From a virus (lineage: Duplodnaviria > Caudoviricetes): DNA of 64,000 nt. The stretch spans positions 26,461 to 90,460 of the IMG/VR virus record IMGVR_UViG_2706795407_000001. The stretch is one strand, 5' to 3'. The notes below the pieces were generated by a model, which saw only the letters and a list, made by a program, of their open reading frames with translations, was not told where the DNA came from and searched no databases. Positions 17,578 through 27,349 of the stretch are shown here, piece by piece. The translations under genes were made by a program, and so were the position numbers. Every line of letters starts with the position of its first letter. The stretch's first letter is position 1.

Positions 17578-18327
17578 TCACGCTTTGACGCCGTGGAGTA
17601 GTTTTTGGAATCCGCGCATCTTCTGCATCCACGAGTGGGCGGATGTCAGCGCGAACCCCGCACCACACAGGCAGGCGAAGCCCCACACGAAATTGGTGGT
17701 CCAGTCGATGTCCTGTAGGGGTGGCGCGAACGCTGTCACAACCCGGACGATGCAGGCCATGATCCCGCACCAGCATGCGAGCAGGTAAATGTTGGCGATA
17801 CGGCGGGACCGGGGGTCTTCACGCAGGATGGACAGGGCACGTATCCCATATCCGAGCAGGTAGGTGAGGATTCCGCACAGCAGCAGCCAGTACATGTTGA
17901 GCCAGAGGTCAGTGGGCACGTCGAAGAAGTCGGGCATGTAGATTTTGACGCCGTTGCCGATTGAGAACAGTGCCAGCAATAGTGGGATGCAGATGGTGGC
18001 TGGCCGTTCCACATACTGTTTGAAGTTTTGTTGCAAGCGTTCTTCTGGGTCGAGTCTACCGAGGGCGTTGTATACGACTGCCGAGGCGGCGACGATGTAG
18101 AGGTCGTGGCCGATGTAGTCCTCTAGGTTCCATTCACCGGTGCATCGGTGTAGCCAGTGCCCGATGGTTTGCGATGCGGCGGGGGACATGAGGATGACTG
18201 CCCCGCCTTGTAGTGCGATGTTGAGTGTGGCTGCTACCTCCCATCTGCATCCCCAGGTGAGGCGGCGTATCCAGAGCGACCAGGTGATGCAGATGAGGGT
18301 GGCGACGAGCAGCGCGGTTAGAGCCAT
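17578..18327 (-). CDS. Polytopic membrane protein downstream of repressor
   Basis: ATG at 18327 (or 18366); about 7 hydrophobic segments; likely co-transcribed with repressor. Confidence 0.75.
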   Translation of the reverse strand: MALTALLVATLICITWSLWIRRLTWGCRWEVAATLNIALQGGAVILMSPAASQTIGHWLHRCTGEWNLEDYIGHDLYIVAASAVVYNALGRLDPEERLQQNFKQYVERPATICIPLLLALFSIGNGVKIYMPDFFDVPTDLWLNMYWLLLCGILTYLLGYGIRALSILREDPRSRRIANIYLLACWCGIMACIVRVVTAFAPPLQDIDWTTNFVWGFACLCGAGFALTSAHSWMQKMRGFQKLLHGVKA

Positions 18328-18409
18328 TGGCGGTTGGTTTTCTACGAAAAGGGACCGTTCATGCACGGAGTCGGTCTAACCATAATCTTAGAAAAACAAG
18401 ATCGCCAGA

Positions 18410-18802
18410 CTACAGTGGCGAGTTGCGGGCCATGTTGGTTCGCCGCTCTGACTTCAGGTCAGCTTGCGCACCCCGTCGGGCCCCCTTCCTCGTGGCGAGC
18501 CTCGTAGGGTGGGATTGCCGGAGGTATTCCTCCATTTCGCGCACCTGGTCCTCGTTGACCAGCCCGAACCGGAGCTTCAACTCTCCTGCGGTCATGCCGA
18601 CGCTTTCGAGGTCCAACCCTTCAGCGATGAGATCGATCTCATCGGCGCTGGGGTAGTCGTCTTTGGCTGCGCGGAGGTAGTAGGACTGATTGAACCGTCC
18701 TAGTGCGGCTTGAATGTCCTTGACCTGCAGTTCGCCCTTGAACACTTCAATGACAAGGAACTTCTGCAGTTCGTATCCGGTCTCGCGGTCTGTGCGTGCC
18801 AT
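18410..18802 (-). CDS. Putative immunity repressor
   Basis: Divergent from a cro-like HTH gene; XRE-like helical pattern (VKDIQAALG...PSADEIDLIAEGLDL). Confidence 0.6.
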   Translation of the reverse strand: MARTDRETGYELQKFLVIEVFKGELQVKDIQAALGRFNQSYYLRAAKDDYPSADEIDLIAEGLDLESVGMTAGELKLRFGLVNEDQVREMEEYLRQSHPTRLATRKGARRGAQADLKSERRTNMARNSPL

Positions 18803-18901
18803 GTCCCGAATCTTAGTCTCATGTTTTGTTCAAGCACAAGTGTTCCGACCTGCGGATATTGACTTGGCAACGGGCAGATTCGTCTCATTTTGAGGTTTAG
18901 T

Positions 18902-18917
18902 CTCCACAAAAGTGGAT
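18902..18917. promoter_or_regulatory. Operator family A in repressor/cro intergenic region
   Basis: CTCCACAAAAGTGGAT overlapping TCCACA-18 bp-TAATCT rightward promoter. Confidence 0.7.
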
Positions 18918-18939
18918 AGGTGGTGCTAATCTTGGGCAC

Positions 18940-19245
18940 GTGCCACAGTTCATCGACGACCCCAGGTGGTCAACGGAAAACGTCTCGAAAATCATGCAAC
19001 ACAACGGGATCCACAGTCCTGCGGACTTGGCAAAGGCGATACCGATCAGTCGCGCCACGCTCTATCGGGCGTTTGGGACGAATTGGTCAGGCAGAGCAAC
19101 GGAACGGTTGGTTGAGGCCATCGCCGTCCGGTTCAGGGTTCCGTCTTACCTACTCGTGAAGGAGTCGCCATGCTCTGCGCCGCAGCCCACCAAACGTCCC
19201 GAGAGCGGCAAGAGAAACCGCTCAGGGTCGAGGGGTGACCGGTGA
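18940..19245 (+). CDS. Cro-like HTH protein
   Basis: SPADLAKAIPISRATLYRAF HTH; first gene of rightward arm. Confidence 0.7.
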   Translation: MPQFIDDPRWSTENVSKIMQHNGIHSPADLAKAIPISRATLYRAFGTNWSGRATERLVEAIAVRFRVPSYLLVKESPCSAPQPTKRPESGKRNRSGSRGDR

Positions 19246-20024
19246 CTAAGAATCTTGTCAACCCGTTCCTGTCGAACTTGGGGTTTGTCCCCGATGAGAC
19301 GGTGGAGTACGCGCCCGGTCGGAAACTTGACGTGTTTCTCCCCGACAACCCCGATGGCGCGCCAGTGCTGATGTTCGTGCCGGGCGGGGCTTGGGTGATC
19401 GGTTCCCGAAAGTTTCAGGGCTACGGATTGATGTCTCGCCTGGTGGATCAGGGGTGGATATGCGCGTCCATCGACTACCGGACCGCCCCAAAGGACCGGT
19501 GGCCTGCCCCGTTTGAGGATGTTCGGCTCGCCTACGAGTGGATCGCTGACCATCGCTGGACATATGGCGCTGGCCCCGTGCTGGCGGTGTCGGGGGCGTC
19601 GGCCGGGGCACACATGGCATCACTGCTGGGCCTGACTCATGCCCGAACCCCCGACGCGGTGGTTTCACTCTATGGCGTTTACGACTGGACTTCTTCTCGT
19701 CTTGATCATTGGTTGATCAATCGCTTCGTGGAGACGGTGGTGGCGAGCCGTGACAAGCAGGCGTTGCGGGAGGCGTCTCCGATTCATCACGTGACGGATT
19801 CTGCGCCGCCGTTTCTCATCCTGCATGGGGATAGGGATTTGATCACCCCGGTGTCTGGGGCGAGATTGTTCTATAACCGACTGGACGATGCTGGTGTGCC
19901 GGTGTGGTACCACGAGGTTGCGGGCGCTGTCCACGGTTTTGATTTGTTGGATCATGGTCAGGCTAATCGGGCGATTGATTCTATCGATCTTTTCCTTTCC
20001 GGCATTCAGGAGATGGCAGCGTAA
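19242..20024 (+). CDS. Alpha/beta-hydrolase (esterase/lipase)
   Basis: PGGAW oxyanion motif, SGASAG nucleophile elbow, HGDRD and HGF. Confidence 0.85.
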   Translation: MTKNLVNPFLSNLGFVPDETVEYAPGRKLDVFLPDNPDGAPVLMFVPGGAWVIGSRKFQGYGLMSRLVDQGWICASIDYRTAPKDRWPAPFEDVRLAYEWIADHRWTYGAGPVLAVSGASAGAHMASLLGLTHARTPDAVVSLYGVYDWTSSRLDHWLINRFVETVVASRDKQALREASPIHHVTDSAPPFLILHGDRDLITPVSGARLFYNRLDDAGVPVWYHEVAGAVHGFDLLDHGQANRAIDSIDLFLSGIQEMAA

Positions 20025-20473
20025 TGAGCCTCTTTGAAGGCGCGCACCGATTAAACAATGTAAATCATGAAGACTACTGCAGGGTAGAAGGATGCGACCG
20101 ACCCCGGATCGCGAAAGGTATGTGCGCGATGCATCGCGGGCGCAAGGTACGGGGAACTTATTTGTACGGCCCGCCCCGCAGTGGACCGCGACCCTACTTC
20201 GACTGGGCAGCATGCGGAACACCCGCCCAGGCCCGTAAGCATTACCGACTCAACATCCCCATCTGCGAGCCATGTAAAGAGGCGGATAACCATCGCCGTA
20301 GGGAACGCTCTATACCGGGGCGCGTGTCAGGCCCATGGACTGCGGATGAGGATGCGCAGATTTGGGACGGATCGGTGCGGGACGTTGCCTTAAAGCTGGG
20401 CCGGTCTTCCGATGCGGTAAGAAAGCGCCGCGCACTATTGAAACAGAAACGAGGTAATGCATGTTTGCGGTGA
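20024..20473 (+). CDS. Zn-finger/HTH hypothetical protein
   Basis: CRVEGC..KGMCAMH, CGT...ICEPC, C-terminal HTH. Confidence 0.6.
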   Translation: MSLFEGAHRLNNVNHEDYCRVEGCDRPRIAKGMCAMHRGRKVRGTYLYGPPRSGPRPYFDWAACGTPAQARKHYRLNIPICEPCKEADNHRRRERSIPGRVSGPWTADEDAQIWDGSVRDVALKLGRSSDAVRKRRALLKQKRGNACLR

Positions 20474-20838
20474 CGAGAACGTCATGGCAGGCCGAAGGGG
20501 CGTGCGTCGGCATCGACAAGCCGGACATCTTTCACGACGATGAAGATGACGCCGCGCAGGCTGAAGCTAAGGCAATATGCGCCATCTGCCCCGTGTGGCA
20601 GGAATGCTTGTCATACGCCATGGTCAACCCCGATCTGACTGGCATTTGGGGCTGCTATAGCGAGGGGGAGAGGTATTCGGCGCGGATCGGGCATCGCCAG
20701 CTCCTAGGCCCCGCGTTCTGCGACTGGTGCGATTCAGCGTTCATTCCTACACGTGTTGGCATGCGCTTCTGTGGCGATAGGTGCAGGAAAGCGCACCACA
20801 AAGTAGAAAAGAACGCGAATATCCAACAACCCGCATAA
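20461..20838 (+). CDS. whiB: WhiB family transcription factor
   Basis: Four Cys (C, C..C, C) and GIWG turn; extra C-terminal CDWC/FCGDRC finger. Confidence 0.9.
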   Translation: MFAVTRTSWQAEGACVGIDKPDIFHDDEDDAAQAEAKAICAICPVWQECLSYAMVNPDLTGIWGCYSEGERYSARIGHRQLLGPAFCDWCDSAFIPTRVGMRFCGDRCRKAHHKVEKNANIQQPA

Positions 20839-21012
20839 CCGCGTGGTAAGCTAGTTTCACAGCTCGCCAAACAGGCTAGAGCAAACAAAGACTTGAAACA
20901 TCCGGCGCATAGTCGCCAACAAATCAAACATATACAGACTCACTCCCAGGGTATGCGTAGGCCGCAGTAACGGCAGATCGGCGCGGGTGGGTTACAAAAT
21001 ATTCAAGTGAAC

Positions 21013-21132
21013 GGGTAAGACTGGTCACAGGAACCCTTATTTCAGGGTTGCCCATCAGGATTACTCCTGGTCGTTAGCCCCTTTCGGCGCGTAGACCCCG
21101 CTTTTCGCGGGAGGATTAAACCTTTCTTACCC
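21013..21132 (+). ncRNA. Candidate multi-branched structured RNA
   Basis: GGGTAAGA/TCTTACCC closing stem enclosing four hairpins; non-coding context. Confidence 0.4.
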
Positions 21133-21207
21133 AAAAACTATTGCAGATGGTATGGGCGATATTTTTCGCCTTGACCACCCCCTTTGCGGGGTGAGGGAGA
21201 ACTGCAA

Positions 21208-21261
21208 GCGCACAGCCGGGATGGTCCGGCACTTCTGTCAGGTTCAACTCCTGTGTGCGCA
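21208..21261 (+). ncRNA. tRNA-like mini-RNA lacking an anticodon arm
   Basis: GCGCACA/TGTGCGC 7-bp acceptor, GCCGG/CCGGC arm, CAGG-TTCAACT-CCTG T arm. Confidence 0.4.
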
Positions 21262-22099
21262 CGAATCGCGAAGGGTATCGAGCCGGTCAGCTTCAGGCTG
21301 AATGACGGAACCTCTTCGCGATTCTCTTGCCCCTTGAAAAATCGGGAGGTTTCATGCTGTCTATGTTCGATCCTTACCAGAAGGTTCTTATTGCAGCCTA
21401 TAGGGCGCTGGCGGATGCTGAGCCTCCTAGCCGCGCGGAGCTTCGCGAGCTGCCGCAGTCATTGAATGCGCGGACGGTTGAGCACCTTCGCCCCGCTCTG
21501 CGGGAGCTGTCCCGCTCGGCGGGCGTGCACATCGGGAATTCTGATTGGGGTAGCAGTGGACATTTGTTGCCACGCCAACGACAGGTCCGGGTCACCAAGT
21601 CGCGTTGAGTTTCTGGCGGAATTGATTTATCTAACTTCACATCAAGACGGTTATGGACGGTCTTGGCGCTCGGTCACCGACAAACAAAGGTGGCGCAGGG
21701 TTGCTGGGGCCGTCCTTTCCGCATTAGGGGATTGAATGATTGAACTTATCGTGTTCGTTGTGATCGCCGCGTTGGCCTGTTTCGGCGCATGCAAACTTAA
21801 GGACTTCTAGTGACTAAAGATTCGTTCATCCGTGAGGCTCTGGCGGATGTTCAAAGCCTCAAGTCGGACATCATGGCAGCGCTGGGAAACAGCACTTCGG
21901 ACATGTTTTTGAAGGCCAGTTTCGTTGCCGGTTGTGACAGTATTGACGAGAACTTGAAACGAGCATTGGTGTCATGAGCGCTTACGGTTCTGCCGCTATT
22001 GGCCTGATGGTCGGCGCGGGTTCTTTGTGTGTCGGCGTTCCTTTGATTGTTTCCGTGTTCATCGCCGCGCTTGTCGGTATAGCAGTATTGGTTGGATAA

Positions 22100-22327
22100 A
22101 TGACTGAAGTACGTATCAGGCATGAAGACGATGCTTCTAGCGCGTTCCTTGCGGATGTTCCTGTCGGCGAGGTTGGTGATGTGATCAGGTCTCTTGCCGA
22201 TTGGGGTGTGGAGCTGCGCACCACCGAAGATTGTGTTGATTGGCGGGGCAAGTCGCTTAGCGGTTCATTCGTGTATGACCAGGTTCGCGACTCTGCTTAT
22301 TTCGAGATTGTGCTGAGCGATGAATAA
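22100..22327 (+). CDS. Hypothetical protein
   Basis: 75-aa ORF in rightward arm. Confidence 0.6.
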   Translation: MTEVRIRHEDDASSAFLADVPVGEVGDVIRSLADWGVELRTTEDCVDWRGKSLSGSFVYDQVRDSAYFEIVLSDE

Positions 22328-22489
22328 GTGGAGCGTCCGCAGGTGGAATGGCGTGTGGGGTATTTACGAGCCAGGCCGTACTTGGCCTCTGGATTCTGAG
22401 GCGGACCACGCTTGCGCGATGGAGGTTGCGCGGCGGTACGCAATCTTTGACGAATTGGTTAACGGCCACCTGAACATGGAGGTCGACTA

Positions 22490-22792
22490 GTGGAAAGTCC
22501 GAAGCACCGCCAGGTCGAGGTGCAGGGCGTTCTGGTCGATGAGGGTATCGCTGGGCTGTTGCGTCGCCTGTGGGCGCGGGACATGCAGACCGACGCCTCG
22601 TGCCAGGGCGGACCGGGCTCGGCGTATCTGATGTTCTCTTTCCTGGAGGATGCGGTTGATTTCCTCAAGGGCAGCATCGAGGCTCTGGATTTCTACGGGT
22701 TCGACCTTGCGCCGTTCTCATCCCCTGACGGTCCGAGGGGCCGGGTGATTTTCCCGCCCGAGGCTATCGGCGCTCTTGAGGAGGTTTGGTGA
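22490..22792 (+). CDS. Hypothetical protein
   Basis: RBS GGAGG; VDEGIAGLL...TDASCQG motif. Confidence 0.65.
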   Translation: MESPKHRQVEVQGVLVDEGIAGLLRRLWARDMQTDASCQGGPGSAYLMFSFLEDAVDFLKGSIEALDFYGFDLAPFSSPDGPRGRVIFPPEAIGALEEVW

Positions 22793-23091
22793 GGTACGAG
22801 ATTTTCTATGACCGCAAGAGCGCCCGATACCGCGTTCAGGCAGGCGAGGGTGAACAGTCTTCGTCTTATTTCCACCATATCTGGTCGTGGCTTGGTGAGG
22901 CTGTTGAGCCGGGTGACACGATTTATTGGAGTATTGATGCGTAGGTGGCTTGTTAAGCGATGGCCCTCCTATCGAGGGTTGGAGTGGGGCGTTTATGACC
23001 CTGATTACCCGTATGGTTCTCCGTGGGATTCGGCGGATACTCAGCTTGAGGCAATGGAGTTGGCGCGGAAGTACGCTATCTGCGGGAAGGT

Positions 23092-23355
23092 GTGGGAGTC
23101 ATGACTGCCCCACTGATTGAAGTGGTGGATCTTAGCGACTTCGAGTTCAGTATTCAGTGCGAGGAACCGGGCTGTAGGGATACTGCCGATGTTATGGCTA
23201 AGGGATGTTCTGACCATGACTTTCACGGGTTGTGTTTCTATCATTTGGCGGCCGTGAAGAAGCGTTTCGATAACGGTAGACACAAGACCGTGTGCGATGG
23301 ATGTAATCGTCCGTGGTTGTTTTTTGAGACGCATTACACGGTTGCCGATATCTGA
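23092..23355 (+). CDS. Zn-finger hypothetical protein
   Basis: Multiple Cys/His motifs. Confidence 0.55.
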   Translation: MGVMTAPLIEVVDLSDFEFSIQCEEPGCRDTADVMAKGCSDHDFHGLCFYHLAAVKKRFDNGRHKTVCDGCNRPWLFFETHYTVADI

Positions 23356-23366
23356 CTTGGAGCGCA

Positions 23367-23750
23367 ATGGATGAAGTTTTCACCCCGCTAGACGATCTGC
23401 GCACACCACTGGAAATCACTAATCGTATGCAGTGGGTTCTGCACTATCTGCGGAAAGCAACCTATGTGATCAATGAGTTGCGGGACGATTTCGTGGAGAA
23501 AAAGAACGCCTATCTGAAGGCCTCTAAAACTTTCCAGATCAGCATCGCCGGTCAGGGGAGTAGGGAGGATCGGGAGAATAGGGCGCAGATTGAGCATTGG
23601 GAACTGTACGAGGCCATGACGGTAGCGGAGAAGGCTTTACAGTTCGCGCGGGAAAAGAAATCTGACCTTGAGGCGGAGCTGTCGGCTATTCAGTCGGAAA
23701 CTAAACTTGTGATCGCCGAGCAGCAGTTGGCGGGACGGATCGGCGCATGA
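23367..23750 (+). CDS. Coiled-coil hypothetical protein
   Basis: 127-aa ORF, RBS GGAG. Confidence 0.7.
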   Translation: MDEVFTPLDDLRTPLEITNRMQWVLHYLRKATYVINELRDDFVEKKNAYLKASKTFQISIAGQGSREDRENRAQIEHWELYEAMTVAEKALQFAREKKSDLEAELSAIQSETKLVIAEQQLAGRIGA

Positions 23751-23847
23751 GTTTCGACAATCAGATTCGCCTGTTTATTCTGGGCGCGGTCATTCTCTGG
23801 ATTCTGCTTGACCTGGCGATGCGGGAGAATAGTTACGGAGCCCGTCG

Positions 23848-24171
23848 TTGACGGGGTTTTCTGCCACTACCCGAAACATCATCCTTGAGAGAGCGGATTT
23901 CGTCTGCGAGTTGTGCGGGGCCAACAGTGTAGAGAACCTGCATCATCGGAGGGCGCGCGGGGCAGGCGGATCAAAAAATCCGCAAACCAATACACCGGCT
24001 AACGCTTTTGCTGTCTGTTTCGAGGATCATGCGCGCATCGAAAGTTACCGCGCTAAAGCTCTAGAGAATGGGTGGCTTGTTCGGCAGGGGAAGAATCCTG
24101 CGGAGGTTCCCATTCTTTACCGTTCTCGGTTTGCGTTGTTGGATGAGTTCGGCGCGGTCCACTACATCTAA
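23848..24171 (+). CDS. HNH endonuclease
   Basis: CELC, LHHRR, N, CFEDH. Confidence 0.8.
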   Translation: MTGFSATTRNIILERADFVCELCGANSVENLHHRRARGAGGSKNPQTNTPANAFAVCFEDHARIESYRAKALENGWLVRQGKNPAEVPILYRSRFALLDEFGAVHYI

Positions 24172-24179
24172 AGGTTGTC

Positions 24180-24458
24180 ATGGTTGAGCAATTCACTGCT
24201 ATAGCGGATTGTCCTAAATGTGGGCGTGTAGCTGTGCATTGGTTGGATTCGCCGCGACACCCTACAGAGCAGGATTGGGCCGATTATGAGCGCGCGATGC
24301 GCGAATACGATCCGTTTGAAGAGTGTCTGGTCCGGAATTGGGCGGGGGATGTAGTGAAGCGGATGCCAGCAATTCCGCCACCCAAGCGGCCGGTCGATGA
24401 GGACGGTTCCGTTACGCGGGTGTGCGTTGACTGTGGTCACAGATGGGGCGTGGAATGA
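24180..24458 (+). CDS. Zn-ribbon hypothetical protein
   Basis: CPKC...CVDC. Confidence 0.6.
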   Translation: MVEQFTAIADCPKCGRVAVHWLDSPRHPTEQDWADYERAMREYDPFEECLVRNWAGDVVKRMPAIPPPKRPVDEDGSVTRVCVDCGHRWGVE

Positions 24459-24473
24459 AAGGGGAGCTAGATC

Positions 24474-24758
24474 ATGACAGATGTTCTAGTAGATCCCATT
24501 GCGGAGTTGGGGGAACAGTTTTCTGATGACATCCCGTGCGGCGGGAACATCTTCCCCCTGTTGAGGGATTGTCCTGACCAGGCTCCCGCAGTGTTTATCA
24601 GTGTTCACGCATCGTGTGACGCCGCTGATCCGCAGGACTTGAAGTGCGCGGATTGTTACGCCATCTGGCTTCGCGCGCATAAAGACAAAGGCACATTGTT
24701 CATCAGTTGTACTTGCAGGGTGAGGATGCGCCCAGAGGACTGCTATAGGCCGATATGA
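24474..24758 (+). CDS. Cys-rich hypothetical protein
   Basis: 94-aa ORF, RBS GGAG. Confidence 0.6.
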   Translation: MTDVLVDPIAELGEQFSDDIPCGGNIFPLLRDCPDQAPAVFISVHASCDAADPQDLKCADCYAIWLRAHKDKGTLFISCTCRVRMRPEDCYRPI

Positions 24759-25198
24759 GTGATAAAAAACGCGAATGTATTGACTGCATAGAAGCGGGTA
24801 TCACGACCGGCAGGGACGCGCCCCATCCAGGTCCCAGATGCGCCACCCACTGGCGGGCGAAGAAGAAAGAACGCAGCCAGACTGCCAGGGCTCGCCGCTG
24901 GGAATCGGTTTATTCCATCACTGCCGAGCAGTACGCCGCCATTCTTGAGATTCAAGGCGGGGTGTGCGGATGGTGTGGCAGAGCCAATGGCAGAACAAAA
25001 GCCCTATCTGTCGACCATGATCATTCTTGCTGCGATGGCCCGACTAGCTGCGGTCGGTGCGTTCGCGGGATTTTGTGCGGTCCTTGCAATGTCCATTTGG
25101 GTTACATTAGGGATTCTAAAGAGGCGGTGGAGAGGATCGCCGAATACCTCAAGAACCCACCGGCGAGGCGAGTGCTTGACATTTGGCGTGGCGAATAG
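24755..25198 (+). CDS. Endonuclease VII (Holliday junction resolvase-like)
   Basis: QGGVCGWC, VDHDH, VRGILCGPCN. Confidence 0.9.
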   Translation: MSDKKRECIDCIEAGITTGRDAPHPGPRCATHWRAKKKERSQTARARRWESVYSITAEQYAAILEIQGGVCGWCGRANGRTKALSVDHDHSCCDGPTSCGRCVRGILCGPCNVHLGYIRDSKEAVERIAEYLKNPPARRVLDIWRGE

Positions 25199-25252
25199 GT
25201 TCGCGCGGATTCCCAACTAGCTAATTGACAAATAAACATAGGAGAGAGTTCA

Positions 25253-27235
25253 TTGCTTTCGTTCCGTCTATCCGACAACTTCCTGGAACCGTACAAAACT
25301 CTTGAACCCGACTGGGGATGGTCGGACGCGGCAGGCAACTCCATCGGAGAACTTACCTTTGTCCGCACCTATTCGCGGGCAAAAGAGGACGGGTCAAAGG
25401 AACGCTGGTGGGAGGTTTGCGAGCGTGTCATCAACGGAATGTACTCCCTACTAAAAGACCACTGCCTCGCACACAGGCTCGAATGGAACGGAAACAAGGC
25501 GCGATCATCCGCCCAAGAAGCCTACGACCGTATGTTCCATTTCAAGTGGACCCCGCCGGGGCGCGGACTATTCCAGATGGGCACACCGCTCGTCATGGAA
25601 CAAAAGAACGCCGCCAGCTTGCAGAACTGCGCGATGGTGTCCACGGGGGACATGGAACGCCACGATCCCGGCTATCCGTTCGCTTGGACCACCGAGGCAC
25701 TGATGCTCGGCATCGGGGTGGGGTTCGACACTCTGGGCGCGGGCAAGTTCGACGTGCTCCAGCCCAGCGACACGGTAGATGCCTACGAGATACCCGACAC
25801 TCGTGAAGGTTGGGCTATCTCGGTCGGAAAGCTCATCAACTCTTACCTGAAACCGGGCAAGGGCAGGGTTGAGTTTGATTACAGCCTGATCCGCCCGCAC
25901 GGCGCTCCGATCAAAACATTCGGCGGCACCGCGTCAGGACCAGAGCCTTTGCGTGAAGGGCATGAGCGCATCCGCAAGGTGCTGGATGAGAATGCCGGGT
26001 CTCCACTGTCAGCGAAAACCATTGTGGATATTCAGAACATTATCGGCACGTTCGTCGTGGCGGGCAACACCCGGCGCAGCGCCGAACTCGCATTGGGATT
26101 GCCCACTGACGAGGGTTTTGTGGACCTGAAAAACAGTGAGGTCTACCCGGAGCGGCCCTGGGCGTTCATGTCGAACAACTCCATTTCCGCAAGCGTGGGT
26201 ATGGATTATTCACCGTTTGTTGCCAATACGGCCATGAATGGTGAGCCGGGGTATGTGTGGTTGGATACTGCCCGCAAGTTTGGTCGTTTGATTGATCCGC
26301 CGGATTATAAAGACGCTCGAGTTGCGGGGTTCAACCCGTGCGTCGAACAGCCGTTGGAGTCATACGAAAACTGCTGTCTTGTGGAGGCGCATTTGAACCG
26401 CGCGGAGTCTAAAGAGGATTTTCTGCGTACCCTCAAGTTCGCTTACCTCTACGGGAAGGCTGTCACACTCTTGACCACGCCGTGGGAGAAGACGAACGCG
26501 GTGATGCTTCGCAATCGCCGTATCGGGCTTTCTACGACTGGTGTGGCAGGGTTTGTGGAAGAACACAGTCTGGCCGAGTATCGGGCGTGGGCCGATGAGG
26601 GTTACAAGCGGGTGTCTCACTGGGATACGACGTATTCTGAGTGGTTGGGCATTCGTGAGTCGATTCGTAAGACGACGGTGAAGCCTTCGGGTTCGGTGTC
26701 GTTGTTGTCGGGTGCTTCGCCTGGTGTGCATTGGCCTCCTGGTGGCGAGTTTTTCGTTCGGGCTATCAGGTTTGGTGCTCATGACAATACTTGGCGGCTG
26801 CTCGAAAAGGCGGGATACAAGGTTGAGGATGATGTTTATTCTCCGAACACGAAGGTGGTGTTTTTCCCGCTGCGGTCGAGCGTGAAGCGTGCGGAGGGGG
26901 ATGTCTCGATTTTTGAGAAGATTCATCTTGCGGCGGAGGCCCAAAAATACTGGTCCGATAATGGTGTTTCGGTGACTGTCTCGTTCAATCCTGATACTGA
27001 GAGCGATGCTGTTGGTCAGGTGCTGAGCATGTACGAGGGGCAGTTGAAAGCTGTTTCGTTCCTGCCTATGGGCAATGAGGTGTATGAGCAGCAGCCGTAT
27101 ACGCGGATCACTGAGGCTGAGTATGAGGCGTTGTCTGCTGGGTTGAGGCGTGTTGATTTGGCCGAGTTGTATAACTCGCCAGAGGATGCTGTGGGTGAGG
27201 TTTATTGCACCACGGATTCCTGCACGATTCAGTAG
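25253..27235 (+). CDS. nrdJ: Class II (adenosylcobalamin-dependent) ribonucleotide reductase
   Basis: TPPGRG, QNC, NPCVEQ, TTVKPSG, C-terminal CTTDSC; monomeric type, no beta subunit nearby. Confidence 0.9.
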   Translation: MLSFRLSDNFLEPYKTLEPDWGWSDAAGNSIGELTFVRTYSRAKEDGSKERWWEVCERVINGMYSLLKDHCLAHRLEWNGNKARSSAQEAYDRMFHFKWTPPGRGLFQMGTPLVMEQKNAASLQNCAMVSTGDMERHDPGYPFAWTTEALMLGIGVGFDTLGAGKFDVLQPSDTVDAYEIPDTREGWAISVGKLINSYLKPGKGRVEFDYSLIRPHGAPIKTFGGTASGPEPLREGHERIRKVLDENAGSPLSAKTIVDIQNIIGTFVVAGNTRRSAELALGLPTDEGFVDLKNSEVYPERPWAFMSNNSISASVGMDYSPFVANTAMNGEPGYVWLDTARKFGRLIDPPDYKDARVAGFNPCVEQPLESYENCCLVEAHLNRAESKEDFLRTLKFAYLYGKAVTLLTTPWEKTNAVMLRNRRIGLSTTGVAGFVEEHSLAEYRAWADEGYKRVSHWDTTYSEWLGIRESIRKTTVKPSGSVSLLSGASPGVHWPPGGEFFVRAIRFGAHDNTWRLLEKAGYKVEDDVYSPNTKVVFFPLRSSVKRAEGDVSIFEKIHLAAEAQKYWSDNGVSVTVSFNPDTESDAVGQVLSMYEGQLKAVSFLPMGNEVYEQQPYTRITEAEYEALSAGLRRVDLAELYNSPEDAVGEVYCTTDSCTIQ

Positions 27236-27349
27236 TTGAGCGTGGGGGTCGAGAGACCGGTAACGGGCTAGTGAGAGCTGTAGAGGGTCTTACTGCTTCC
27301 TGGCCGACCCCCCATGGACTGACCGATAACTAGAGAGGGGATTGAGGGT

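Noticed and set aside
25253-27235. Intein or intron in the ribonucleotide reductase
   Set aside because: The 660-aa ORF is uninterrupted, of normal length, with no intein terminal motifs.
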